IMG/VR virus record: IMGVR_UViG_3300049139_000233
Coordinates: 1 to 64,000 of that record
DNA: 64,000 nt
Reading direction: 5' to 3' (one strand)
Source: a virus
The notes under the pieces were generated by a model. It was not told where the DNA came from and searched no databases. It saw only the letters and a list, made by a program, of their open reading frames with translations. Each line of letters starts with the position of its first letter. The stretch's first letter is position 1. The position numbers and the translations under genes are program-made. Shown here piece after piece: positions 14,505 through 23,959 of this stretch.

Positions 14505-17354
14505 TCATGTGCCGAGCCGCCCCCGGTCGAACTGGCCCTGGACCGGGTCATCGAAGACGAACACCTCGTCCGGGTCGTCGGCCGCCACCAGGTCGAACTG
14601 CCCCTGGTCGAACCCGGATCCGCGCTGGTCAAAGGTGAACGGATTTCCCGAAATCACCAAATCCTGCTCGCACCCCAGCACCACCGCGTGCACCGGGGCC
14701 CGGCCCGGCCGGCCGTACCGGCGCACCGTGTGCGTGACCCGCTCCACAAAGAAGTCGTCGTCCAGGCCCAGCTCGTCGTTGCGGATGTGGATCCGGTCGG
14801 AGACCGTGCGCTTGAGCACCTGCATGAAGTGCGCCGGATCCTGAGCGGCCACCCGGAGCTGCACCGTGGGCCGGCGGCGCGCGTAGTGCAGCAGGATCAT
14901 GTTCGCTATCGCCTCTGCGTCGGCCGCGCTCGCCCACGGCGCCGCCTCCGGGTACGACCGTTCCCCGTGCCGGGAGACCGATCCCGGATCGCTGAGGGAC
15001 ACCTTCGTCGTGCGCTGCACCGCGAGCGTCCGGGCCCGCAGTTGTATGTCGGTCACCGTCACCGGCCCGCCGACGGCGCGCAGAGTCAGCCGTGCCGAGG
15101 CGCCCGACGACCGGCTGAGCAGCACGTCGAGCGTCCCCGCACCCGGGCTGGTGTACGTCACGTCCCGCCCCGGCACCGGGGTGATCGCGTCCATGAACGG
15201 GTCCGACGTGCTCACCTCCACGTCCGCTGACTGCCCCGCCTCCAGGTGGTAGGTCGACTCGTCCTCCCACACCACCTCGAACTGGCCCGACGGCACCCGC
15301 TCCTCCACGTCGAACGTGACCGCGTTGACGATGTCGCGCCAGCCGTGCGAGTAGGTGAACGGGCTGGTGAAGCTGTAGCTGCCGTCCGGCGCGGTCGTCG
15401 CCTCACAGTCGCCCAGCGCCCCGGCCGTGAACGTGGCGCGCACCGTCCGCGACGCCTGGCGCTGGATTCGGTGGTGCCGGTCCCGGAAAACGAAGGTCCC
15501 CGACGGGTCCACGTAGGCGACCGCCGGCGGGCCCTCGCTCTTGACCAGGTCGTTGACGGCGGACAGGGCGTCCACGCCCTCCAGCCACCAGTACGGCACC
15601 ACCGACGCGCCCCGGTCGATGTCCCGCCCGCCGGTCCACCCCGCCAGGTCCAGCACGGTGTTGACGAGGTCCCCGGTGTGCCGTGAGGCGTACACCGCCG
15701 TGGACAGCTTCACCCCGGACAGGTCGTTGAGCCCGTCAAGGAAGGACAGCTCCACCGTCCGGTCGCCGAAGTCGGCCCGCACGTCGAAATCATCGATGCG
15801 CCCCCGGAACAGCGGGACGCGCTCGCCGTTGAAGTCGACGGACGCGACCAGGACCCGCGCCGGATCCAGGTCCCCGTACAGCGGGGAGGCTGTGTTGTCC
15901 GGGCTGTAACGGCGGTGGGAGTTGTTGAGGGTGAAGCCGGCCGACCCGACGGCTGCCGGGCTGAGCTGGCGGTCCTGGTCCCGGCCGTAGCTGACGGAGA
16001 TGTCGGAGACGATGTCCCCGGTCACGTCCTCACCGGTGCCCACGACGGACGCCGGATCCGACAGGGCCGCCCAGTCGTCCAGCCGTACATCGTCGGCCCA
16101 CACGCGCAGCCCTGCCGCCGGGGTGCCGCCGCAGTCCACCAGGACAGCCGCGAGCGCCGCGCCGTCTGGGGCGGGGAAGAATCCGTCCGCGTACTGCCAG
16201 TCCCCCACCGCCGGGGTGAAGAAGTTGGCGGACGTGGACAGGTAGGCGCCGGACGCGCTGTACCAGTTGACGGAGAAGCTGAGCCCGCCCGGCATCGCCG
16301 ACTCCGACCACACCCACCCCGACGCCCGGTAGACGCGGCCGGGTACCACCGCGACCTTGTCCGACTCGATGCGCGGCCCCGCCGCGCCGCCGGTGGTCAG
16401 CAGCCCGGAGAACGCGCCCCGCCGCATCCGCGTACGGGACCGCTCGAACGCGGCGCCGCCGTACGGCGTCCACCCGCCCTCCGTCTCGAACCCCGGGTTG
16501 CCGTTGAGCGGCCCGGGTACGGCGTCCCAGTCGATCGTGAACCGGTAGACGGGCAGGCCCTCGTCCGCGCACAGGTTCCACCCGCCCGGCTCCGACAGCA
16601 CCGACGCCCCGTGCGCCGTCGCGGTCACCGACGCGGTGCCGGGCAGTGCGTACGTGGCGGCCGTCACCGGCTTGAGCGCCAGGGACCACATCGTGGACCC
16701 GCCCTGGCAGATGGCGTCCCCGCCGGCGGACGTCGTGGACCGCTGCGTCTGCGTGCCCGGAGCGAGGCCTGCGGCGGAGTCGTAGAGCGCGGCGAACAGC
16801 TCGCCCAGCGCGCTGTCGTCCACCCGCTCGGTGTTGGTGCCGCCGGCGGCGGTGACGGTGCGGGCCGCCCAGGCGCTGCCGGTGCGCAGCGTGACGAGCC
16901 AGTCCTGGTCGGCGACGGTGGCGAGCTGCGGGTGGAGCTGCGTCGCGGCCGTCCCCGCCGTGCCGTTGCCCGCCCACTTCTCGATGGGCCCCGCCGGGTC
17001 CACGCCGCTGTAGGCGACGGTGAAGGCGAGGACGTACGGCGAGCCGGTGGGCCAGGGCTCCTTGGAGAAGGTGAACGTCGCCGCCGGCGTGGAGCCGGTG
17101 GCGACGCGGTAGTACACGCGCGTCTGGGCACGGGCCACCGTGGAGCCCGGCGACGACTGGCCGGCGCTCGCCTTGCCGAGCAGGGTCCACCCCGACGGCA
17201 CGCCGGTGGGGCCCTGGTTGTTGTCGTAGACCAGGACGAGCAGCAGCAGGTCCCCGGCCGCGTGCCCGGCGGGCATCTGGACGGTCTGCGTCGCACCGGC
17301 TGTCGCGGTGTCGGCTTTCAGGCGGGGGCCGACGGCCCGGAACGCAACGGGCAT
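14505..17354 (-). CDS. minor tail protein: N-terminal region plus carbohydrate-binding-module-like segment fused to a Dit-like (distal tail) domain
   Basis: First gene after the tape measure (1-nt overlap). NGNPGFETEGGW...GRVYRASGWVW is CBM4/9-like. ISVSYGRDQDRQLSPAAVGSAGFTLNN is typical of actinophage Dit-like proteins. Confidence 0.85.
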   Translation of the reverse strand: MPVAFRAVGPRLKADTATAGATQTVQMPAGHAAGDLLLLVLVYDNNQGPTGVPSGWTLLGKASAGQSSPGSTVARAQTRVYYRVATGSTPAATFTFSKEPWPTGSPYVLAFTVAYSGVDPAGPIEKWAGNGTAGTAATQLHPQLATVADQDWLVTLRTGSAWAARTVTAAGGTNTERVDDSALGELFAALYDSAAGLAPGTQTQRSTTSAGGDAICQGGSTMWSLALKPVTAATYALPGTASVTATAHGASVLSEPGGWNLCADEGLPVYRFTIDWDAVPGPLNGNPGFETEGGWTPYGGAAFERSRTRMRRGAFSGLLTTGGAAGPRIESDKVAVVPGRVYRASGWVWSESAMPGGLSFSVNWYSASGAYLSTSANFFTPAVGDWQYADGFFPAPDGAALAAVLVDCGGTPAAGLRVWADDVRLDDWAALSDPASVVGTGEDVTGDIVSDISVSYGRDQDRQLSPAAVGSAGFTLNNSHRRYSPDNTASPLYGDLDPARVLVASVDFNGERVPLFRGRIDDFDVRADFGDRTVELSFLDGLNDLSGVKLSTAVYASRHTGDLVNTVLDLAGWTGGRDIDRGASVVPYWWLEGVDALSAVNDLVKSEGPPAVAYVDPSGTFVFRDRHHRIQRQASRTVRATFTAGALGDCEATTAPDGSYSFTSPFTYSHGWRDIVNAVTFDVEERVPSGQFEVVWEDESTYHLEAGQSADVEVSTSDPFMDAITPVPGRDVTYTSPGAGTLDVLLSRSSGASARLTLRAVGGPVTVTDIQLRARTLAVQRTTKVSLSDPGSVSRHGERSYPEAAPWASAADAEAIANMILLHYARRRPTVQLRVAAQDPAHFMQVLKRTVSDRIHIRNDELGLDDDFFVERVTHTVRRYGRPGRAPVHAVVLGCEQDLVISGNPFTFDQRGSGFDQGQFDLVAADDPDEVFVFDDPVQGQFDRGRLGT

Positions 17355-20300
17355 CAGGCAGTCCCTCCCAGCTCACGGGGCAGCCGGCGCTTGCGGCGGA
17401 GCTGGTCCAGCGACTCCACCAGCCAGTTCTCCGTCTCCTGCCGGGAGCCGATCACGCCATGGTTCTCCACGGTCAGGTGGACGACGCTGCCGCCGGCCGT
17501 CGCGGCCTGGCGCACCGAGGCGCGGTGGCTGCGGATCCGCGTCCCGGCGGGCAGCTTCATCAACTCCGGGCCCATCTCGCCCGTCCAGTGCCACCCGGAC
17601 GTGGCGCCGTCGGTGCCGAGGGCGTAGCCGCCGGGGCGGTTGTAGGCCCGGGGCAGCGAGCCGTACGCCGACAGCGCGTAGCGCATCGAGGCGTAGATGT
17701 TGGCGAGCGGGTTGATGGAGGTGCCGTACATGAACGGCCCTGTCTTGCGGAACCGTCCGGCGTGCGCCTGGAAGGTGGGGCGGATCACCTGCATGAGACC
17801 CACCGACGGGTAGCCGCGCCGGGCGTTGATGTCCCACAGGTTGACCGCGCGCGGGTTGCCGCCGGACTCCTGGTTCATGCGGCGCAGGGTGATGCCGGTG
17901 TAGGCGGCCGGCTGGCCCACGAGGCGCAGTGCCTGCTGCACGACGCCGGACCAGCGCTTCACCCCGGCGCCGCCGATGTCGACGTTGCCGCCTCCGCCGA
18001 ACCCGAGCAGGTCCGAGCCGACCGACCGCACCGCCCGGACGAGGCCGTCCACGGCCATGCGCGGGATCCGGGCCGCCATCCGGGCCCACGGGCTGGAGCC
18101 GATCGCTGCCGTGATGCCCCGCAGCGGACGCATCAGCAGGTCCTTGGCCTTGTCCACCGGGTCGGACAGGAAGTCCAGGGCGCCCTTGCCGAAGTCCAGC
18201 CCCTTCTCGAACGCGGACCCGATGGCGCCCTTGATGGAGCCGAGGATGCCGCCTTCCGCGTAGAAGTGCGCGCCGGCCGCCTCCCACAGGCCCCGCGCCC
18301 GCGTTGCGTACTTGGGATCCGTCGGGATGACGTACTCCGGGTAGCGCGGATTGCCCTCGCCGACGATCGCTGTCGGCTTGTTGAACACGCCGGGCACCGC
18401 GCGGCCGACGGTGCCGCCCGCCGCGAGCAGCTTCACCTTCTTCAGCCGGTTGTCCAGGCCGATCCAGCCGGCGATCCGGCCCCAGATGTTGACCAGGCCC
18501 CGGTTCCACACCCGGTCCAGCACCCAGTTCACGGGCGCCTTGGTCCGGCTGCGGATGCCGCTCCACAGGGACCCGATGCCGTTGCGCATCTCCCGGAAGT
18601 AGCCCGTCACGCGGTCGCGCAGTGTCCGCGCCCAGCCGGGGATCGTGCGGGTGAAGAAGCTGCCGATGGGCGAGAAGACCCGGGACCGGATGGAGTTGTA
18701 GGCCCCGGTGAGTCCGTCGCGCAGGCTCCGCCAGGCGCCGACCACCTTGTCCCGCGCGTTGCGGGCCCCGGCCGGGATCCGCCGGGTGAAGAAGTCCCCG
18801 ATCGGCGTGAACACCCGGGCGCGTACCGAGTTGTAGACCCCGGTGAGCCGGTCGCGCAGGCCCCGCCAGGCGCCCGTCACGCGGTCGCGCAGGGATCCGG
18901 CCCAGCCGGGGATCGTGCGGGTGAAGAAGTTTCCGATCGGCGACAGGACGCGGGCTTTGATGGTGAGCCAGATGGCCGTCAGGTTCGCCATCAGGTGGCG
19001 CCAGGCCGCCTCTACACGGACGCGCAGGGCCACGGCGGCAGCGGGCAGAGTCTGCGTGAAGAACCGGCCGATCGGCGCGAGCACCTTGGAGTACAGCAGG
19101 TCCCAGGCGCCGGTGAAAAATCTGACGAACGGCCCGGAGAACCAGGCTCCGACGGCCCGTGCGGCGTCCGCGACGGCGCCCAGCGCGCTCTTGACGATGT
19201 TGCGGAAGGTCTCCGACTTCTTCCACAGCAGCACGAACACGGCGCCGAGGGCGACGAGAAGGCCGATGACGATGCCGATGGGGGAGGAGAGCATGGCCAC
19301 GGCCAGGACGCGGAAGGCGGCCGTTGTCAGCACGATGGCCAGGCGGACGACCACCAGCGCGTACCGGAAGGCGAGCAGGGCCACGCGTCCGGCGCGCATC
19401 GCCATCGTCTGGAGCCACGTCGCCGCCGCTGCCGCCCGGGTGGCCACGGTCGTGGCCACGAGCTGGACACGGTGCGCGATCATGACGGCGCGGCTCGTGT
19501 AGACGGCGCCGCTGCTGGCCGTCACCGAGGTGGTGAACAGCCACGTCGCCGCCGTCGCCGCTGCCTGGTATACGCGGTACAGCTTCAACGCCGCGTTGAC
19601 GGCGAGGATCGCGGGGACGAGAAGTTCCAGCACCGGCGTGGGGATGGCGGCCACGATGTCGGCGAAGATCTGGAGCATGAGAAGGCCGAAGCCTGCCATC
19701 GGTCCGGCGGCCGAGGCGACGTCCGCCAGGGCGGACCCGAACTCTCTGATGGGCGGGATCGCTCCGCGTGCCCGCTCCATGAACGTGGCGAAACCCTCCG
19801 ACTGCCCGAGGTTGGCGCCGAAGTTGGCGAACCGTTCCGTCAGTTCGACCATGCCGCCGGACATGTCCGACTGCACCGGCATGAAGGCGTTGATCATGCC
19901 GACTACGCCGACGGTGATGTTCTTGATCGTCGTCAGGAAGTTACCCAGCGCGCTGCCCGCGTTGCCCTGGAGGTTCCGGCCGAACTCGGAGAAGACCCGG
20001 CCCGCCTGGCCCTCACCGAACGAGGACGTGAACTCCTTGATCTCCCGGGCCCCGATACGCACGAACGGCGTCAGCTTGGGCAGGACGTCGCGGATCTTCT
20101 CGATGCCCGCCGTGAACAGCGGCATCGTGGTGCCGGACAGGCTGTCCGACCACTTGTCGATGTCGTCCTTCAGCCCCTGGAACGACTTGGCCGTCTGACG
20201 GGTGGCCGGGGTCATCGCGGCCATCTTCTCGTCGTAGATGGCCTGCGACTTGCGCGCCGTCTCGGTGGCCGTGGTGACACCGCTCAGCGCGCGGTTGTAC

Positions 20301-20701
20301 TCCTGCGCCTTGGCCTTGGCCTCCGCCGACATGTCGGCAGTGACCTTGATCTGCTGGCCGTACTTGACGCCCAGATCCTTCGCCAGCCGCTGCGCGTGGG
20401 CCTTGGCGAGAGCAGCCTTCTCCTGGGCCTCCTCGGCCGACTGAAGTTTCTCACTGGCCTCGGTGATCTTCTGGAACTGCGGGACGACTGCCGCGCCGAA
20501 CGCCCCGGCCGCCGCGCCGGCCGACGCCAGGGTCGCCGTCATCGCGCCGACGCCGGCGGACACGGCGGCCGTCACCGGCAGAATCGCAGTCGACAGGGCG
20601 GAGGCGCCGATGCGCCCCAGGCCCTGAACCGCCTTCATCGCCGGTGATGTGTCCGCGTCGATGCGGACGAACCCTGCCCCGATCAGCGTGCCGACGGGCA
20701 T
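17354..20701 (-). CDS. tape measure protein with a C-terminal lytic transglycosylase (SLT) domain
   Basis: 1115 aa with central hydrophobic segments and 45-aa repeats. RRMNQESGGNPRAVN...GLMQV SLT signature. Chaperone genes lie upstream. Confidence 0.9.
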   Translation of the reverse strand: MPVGTLIGAGFVRIDADTSPAMKAVQGLGRIGASALSTAILPVTAAVSAGVGAMTATLASAGAAAGAFGAAVVPQFQKITEASEKLQSAEEAQEKAALAKAHAQRLAKDLGVKYGQQIKVTADMSAEAKAKAQEYNRALSGVTTATETARKSQAIYDEKMAAMTPATRQTAKSFQGLKDDIDKWSDSLSGTTMPLFTAGIEKIRDVLPKLTPFVRIGAREIKEFTSSFGEGQAGRVFSEFGRNLQGNAGSALGNFLTTIKNITVGVVGMINAFMPVQSDMSGGMVELTERFANFGANLGQSEGFATFMERARGAIPPIREFGSALADVASAAGPMAGFGLLMLQIFADIVAAIPTPVLELLVPAILAVNAALKLYRVYQAAATAATWLFTTSVTASSGAVYTSRAVMIAHRVQLVATTVATRAAAAATWLQTMAMRAGRVALLAFRYALVVVRLAIVLTTAAFRVLAVAMLSSPIGIVIGLLVALGAVFVLLWKKSETFRNIVKSALGAVADAARAVGAWFSGPFVRFFTGAWDLLYSKVLAPIGRFFTQTLPAAAVALRVRVEAAWRHLMANLTAIWLTIKARVLSPIGNFFTRTIPGWAGSLRDRVTGAWRGLRDRLTGVYNSVRARVFTPIGDFFTRRIPAGARNARDKVVGAWRSLRDGLTGAYNSIRSRVFSPIGSFFTRTIPGWARTLRDRVTGYFREMRNGIGSLWSGIRSRTKAPVNWVLDRVWNRGLVNIWGRIAGWIGLDNRLKKVKLLAAGGTVGRAVPGVFNKPTAIVGEGNPRYPEYVIPTDPKYATRARGLWEAAGAHFYAEGGILGSIKGAIGSAFEKGLDFGKGALDFLSDPVDKAKDLLMRPLRGITAAIGSSPWARMAARIPRMAVDGLVRAVRSVGSDLLGFGGGGNVDIGGAGVKRWSGVVQQALRLVGQPAAYTGITLRRMNQESGGNPRAVNLWDINARRGYPSVGLMQVIRPTFQAHAGRFRKTGPFMYGTSINPLANIYASMRYALSAYGSLPRAYNRPGGYALGTDGATSGWHWTGEMGPELMKLPAGTRIRSHRASVRQAATAGGSVVHLTVENHGVIGSRQETENWLVESLDQLRRKRRLPRELGGTA
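18525..19064 (-). repeat. four tandem 135-nt (45-aa) coding repeats inside the tape measure gene
   Basis: gtgaagaag (FFT codons) recurs at 18651, 18786, 18921 and 19056, an exact 135-nt period. Confidence 0.7.
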
Positions 20702-20908
20702 CTACAACACCACCCCTTGAGCCGCGAGGAACGCCTGGGAGGCGTCCTCGTCGCCGTGCCACCACCACGGCGCTCCCTCTTCCACCTCCACCGGATCGGG
20801 CGCGGTCTGTCCGGGGCTCAGCCACAGACGGACTTCCAGGTCGGAGTCCAGTCGTTGCTGCGCGGCGTCCTCGGGTTCGTCCTTGCCCGGCTCCGCCCGC
20901 TGGCTCAT
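20702..20908 (-). CDS. tail assembly chaperone, T segment (likely expressed as a G-T fusion by -1 frameshift)
   Basis: Acidic 68-aa ORF. Its frame is -1 relative to 20926..21357 and stays open upstream across the end of that ORF. Confidence 0.6.
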   Translation of the reverse strand: MSQRAEPGKDEPEDAAQQRLDSDLEVRLWLSPGQTAPDPVEVEEGAPWWWHGDEDASQAFLAAQGVVL

Positions 20909-20925
20909 CTCGTAGTAGACGACGT

Positions 20926-21357
20926 TCAGGAAACGATCGATGGGGAGGCTGCGGAGATCGACACCTCGCCCGGTGTACTGGCCGTCGAGGAAGTGCCAGA
21001 TGCCGGGACGGGAGGCCCACCCGGCGAGGAGAAGGACGGCTCGGTAGGGCGGAGCCCGTACTGCTCCATCAGCCAGGTGACGATCTCCTCCACCTGGTCG
21101 ATCTCGATGGGGTTCTCGCGGTCGCGCATGCGCTCGTTGAAGCGCTCCAGCGACTCGGGCATCAGCACGACGTCCAGCAGGGCGCGGAACGCTTTGAGCT
21201 GCTGGTCGACGGTCGTCGTGGTGTCCATGTTCTGGAACTCCGTGGCGAAGCCCAGCAGCACCTCGGCCGGGACGCCCCGGGCGGCCTGGAAGACGTCGTC
21301 GTCCACGCGGAAGAAGATGTCCGTCCGCTTCTTACTGAAGTCGCGCATCTCGGTCAT
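20926..21357 (-). CDS. tail assembly chaperone G (143 aa)
   Basis: Internal ATG of track ORF 20926..21519. Acidic and helical. Sits immediately upstream of the T segment and tape measure. Confidence 0.7.
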   Translation of the reverse strand: MTEMRDFSKKRTDIFFRVDDDVFQAARGVPAEVLLGFATEFQNMDTTTTVDQQLKAFRALLDVVLMPESLERFNERMRDRENPIEIDQVEEIVTWLMEQYGLRPTEPSFSSPGGPPVPASGTSSTASTPGEVSISAASPSIVS

Positions 21358-21497
21358 GCGCGCACGGTAAGCCCGGCGCACCCCATGATCGTTCCGGTGT
21401 TCTGCAGGCCGGTGCCCGGCGGCCGGTGTAGAGTCGTCGCGAAGGGGTGCCCGGCCGCCCCGACGCCTTCGGGCCAAGGTTCTCCGAATCGCCGGGT

Positions 21498-21531
21498 GAA
21501 CATCCCCCAGTGGTCCCACAGGGGGATGTTC
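21498..21531 (-). terminator. hairpin after the head-tail genes
   Basis: Stem gaacatccccc / gggggatgttc just downstream of the stop at 21538. Confidence 0.5.
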
Positions 21532-21537
21532 CTCGTC

Positions 21538-21903
21538 TCAGCCCATGCGCAGGGCCTTGGTCATGAAGTCGTTCGGCTTCGTGCCCGGGTGGTTCACGAC
21601 GCGGGCGAACACGGTCCCGCGCTTGGTGGTGAACCGCAGCACCTGCCGGGTGCGCGGGTAGATGCGGTGCGGCCTCGTGCCCTTGATGACGTACATCGTC
21701 GCCGGGTGGTTGGACTCCACGCGCACGTGCCGCCCGACGACGACGGCGCGCACCCGGCGTCCCATCTTCCCCGGGGCCATGCGGCGCGCGTTGCGCTGCA
21801 CCCGCCGGGCCTTGCGGATCAGCTCCTGCATCACGGGCGACTTCGGCGACAGCAGCAGGTCGTTGACCCCGCCGGCGCGGATCTCGATGCGCGCGGCCGG
21901 CAC
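21538..21903 (-). CDS. HK97 gp10-like head-tail joining / tail completion protein
   Basis: C-terminal VVNHPGTKPNDFMTKAL resembles the gp10-family signature. Confidence 0.7.
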   Translation of the reverse strand: MPAARIEIRAGGVNDLLLSPKSPVMQELIRKARRVQRNARRMAPGKMGRRVRAVVVGRHVRVESNHPATMYVIKGTRPHRIYPRTRQVLRFTTKRGTVFARVVNHPGTKPNDFMTKALRMG

Positions 21904-21904
21904 G

Positions 21905-22405
21905 TCAGCCCCGCACCAGGCACACGCGCACGGTGAGGTTGACGCCGACGCAGCCGCCCTCCGGGCCGACCGGCTCCACCGGGGTGACGAGGTAGTCCAG
22001 CACCTCTTCGGTCTCCTTGAGCCGGCACATCGCGGCGGCCACAGAGTCCAGCATCTCGGTGGCGTCCTGGAGCAGCAGGCCGGCCGCCGTGTCCAGCTCG
22101 TCGGCCGGCGGGGCCGCCTCCACGCCGTCGGGGTTCGGCGCGCAGCGCACCACGGCCACGGTGAACTGCCCTACCTCGTACGGCGGCTGGCAGGCGCCCG
22201 TCACCGTCTCGGACTCCTCGGGGAACACCTCGGACAGGTACAGCCGGGACAGCGATACGGCGAGCATCCCGCCACAGTCGCACTGATCCCAGGCGATCTC
22301 CCCAGGCACCTGGCCGACGCGGCCCGGCCTGGAGGTGAGACCGTCACGGACCGCCGTGACGAGATGCGTGCCGACGCCGTACCAGCGCGCAGGGCCGGTG
22401 ATCAC
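21905..22405 (-). CDS. head-tail connector protein (stopper-like, putative)
   Basis: Track ORF, position in the module, IAWDQCDCGGML motif. Confidence 0.6.
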   Translation of the reverse strand: MITGPARWYGVGTHLVTAVRDGLTSRPGRVGQVPGEIAWDQCDCGGMLAVSLSRLYLSEVFPEESETVTGACQPPYEVGQFTVAVVRCAPNPDGVEAAPPADELDTAAGLLLQDATEMLDSVAAAMCRLKETEEVLDYLVTPVEPVGPEGGCVGVNLTVRVCLVRG

Positions 22406-23169
22406 AGCCGCCTCCCCAGGATCCGGTCGACGTCACCGATGCGTGGCCGCCGCGTGAGCCCGTGCGGGTTCTCGGAGGCGAGGAACAGGTCCACCAGGTA
22501 CAGCCCGGTCCGGCCTTCCTTCAGGAGCTGACCCATGTCCGGGTACTGGATGGTGACGCCCTGGCGGACGAGCTGCGTCACGCCGGGAGGCAGGCGGCAG
22601 TCCACGCCCTTGGCGGCCTTGGAGATCTCGCAGGCCAGCTCCCCCACGGCCAGGCGCCCGGAGTCGGGCACCGGCTCGCCGATCTCGGCCGTCACCGACC
22701 ACGTGCCCGGCTCGGTGTCGTCCAGGGCGAGGTTGTTGCAGCGCGGCCAGGCGGCGCCGTCGGTGCGGATCAGGTCCTGGCCGGTGAGCCGGTAGGCGCC
22801 GGTGGCCATCGGCGTGCCGTCCAGCCTCACCTCCACCACGCGCTGCGTCAGGACGGGCAGGCGGATGCTGGAGAGGTTCGCGCACGAACAGCCTCCCCGG
22901 CACCCGCCGCAGTAGGGCAGGCGGTAGAAGTCCCACGGCGGCGCCGCGTAGCCCGTGGGCCACTCCCACAGCGGGTAGGCGGCCCAGTCCCCGCAGTCGT
23001 CCGCGCAGGGCCGCAGCCGCGCCGTGCACAGGCCGAACCGGCGCCCGGACAAGGCCCACAGGATGCGCGTGGCCGCGCTGACGGCGTATCCGGTCACCTC
23101 CGGGGACAGCGCGGACGCGTCGCACGTCCAGGTGATCGGCCAGTCCTCGCAGCTCAACACCTCGGCCAC
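22402..23169 (-). CDS. head-to-tail adaptor (putative)
   Basis: ILWALSGRRFGLCTARLRPC motif is common in actinophage adaptors. 4-nt overlap downstream. Confidence 0.65.
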   Translation of the reverse strand: MAEVLSCEDWPITWTCDASALSPEVTGYAVSAATRILWALSGRRFGLCTARLRPCADDCGDWAAYPLWEWPTGYAAPPWDFYRLPYCGGCRGGCSCANLSSIRLPVLTQRVVEVRLDGTPMATGAYRLTGQDLIRTDGAAWPRCNNLALDDTEPGTWSVTAEIGEPVPDSGRLAVGELACEISKAAKGVDCRLPPGVTQLVRQGVTIQYPDMGQLLKEGRTGLYLVDLFLASENPHGLTRRPRIGDVDRILGRRL

Positions 23170-23178
23170 GGTGCCCCC

Positions 23179-23661
23179 TTACGCGGTGAACCGGACGATC
23201 CCGGAGTCCGACCAGACCACGGTGAAGTTGCCCGAGACGACGGACTGCGCGCCGCCGAAGTACAGGAACGCGACACCCTGGTCGGCGACAGTGCCGCCGG
23301 TGACGGAGTCGTCGTAGAGGAGACAGCCGTAGGCGTCGGTCAGGGTCAGGGTTCCGGCGGCGGGCAGGTCGGCCGCGTCGAACACGACCGTCCCCGGCTC
23401 CGGAGCAGTGAACGTCTTCCCGGTCAGGGCCCGTCCGCCGGCCGGCCAGTTGGTGCCGCCGGTGACCTCGCGCGCGGTCGTCCAGGTGCCCGTGCCGTAC
23501 CCGGCGGATGCGACGGCCGCGTCCATGTCCGGGGTCACCGTGTTGTTGAACAGGGCGACCTTGGCCGTGTCGGAGTCCAGGCCGGTGTACCCGGTCCCGG
23601 ACGCCTGCATCATCGGGCCCCGGATCCACTCCCGGAGCACGCGGCTGTCCGTCCACGCCAT
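23179..23661 (-). CDS. virion structural protein, function unresolved (160 aa)
   Basis: Track ORF within the structural operon. Confidence 0.75.
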   Translation of the reverse strand: MAWTDSRVLREWIRGPMMQASGTGYTGLDSDTAKVALFNNTVTPDMDAAVASAGYGTGTWTTAREVTGGTNWPAGGRALTGKTFTAPEPGTVVFDAADLPAAGTLTLTDAYGCLLYDDSVTGGTVADQGVAFLYFGGAQSVVSGNFTVVWSDSGIVRFTA

Positions 23662-23665
23662 CGGC

Positions 23666-23959
23666 TCAGTCCCTTCTCACTCGCGCGGAGGGCGCGTAGA
23701 CCACGCGGTCCTGTCCGTCGTCGCGCGTCGTCACCACGGCCATGACCGGCCGCCCCGTGCCGTCGTAGCGCACGTCCTCGCCGCCCACGTAGTCCTCGCG
23801 CACCACGGCCCGCACCTCGCAGCGCACGCCGTCCAGGACCATCGGGGCGAGGATCCCGGCGAGCCCGGGGCAGGTGTGGAAACGGTTGTCTGCCCCAACC
23901 GTCACGGCGGTGGCCGTGCAGTTGGGGCAGACCCAGTGCTGCCGTGCGTCCAGGATCAC
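23666..23959 (-). CDS. small Cys-containing structural-module protein (97 aa)
   Basis: GTG at 23959 forms a GTGA overlap with the upstream stop. CPNC ... HTCP. Confidence 0.6.
   Translation of the reverse strand: MILDARQHWVCPNCTATAVTVGADNRFHTCPGLAGILAPMVLDGVRCEVRAVVREDYVGGEDVRYDGTGRPVMAVVTTRDDGQDRVVYAPSARVRRD

Noticed and set aside
13903-14508. 201-aa minus-strand ORF spanning iteron copy A and overlapping 14126..14491
   Set aside because: The product is Arg/Gly-rich and in a different frame from the well-formed 121-aa ORF. The 13903..14125 part is AT-richer repeat DNA.
18525-19064. Regular 135-nt repeats as a possible CRISPR-like or satellite array
   Set aside because: The repeats are contiguous, in frame and encode a 45-aa protein repeat inside the tape measure gene. 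There are no spacers.
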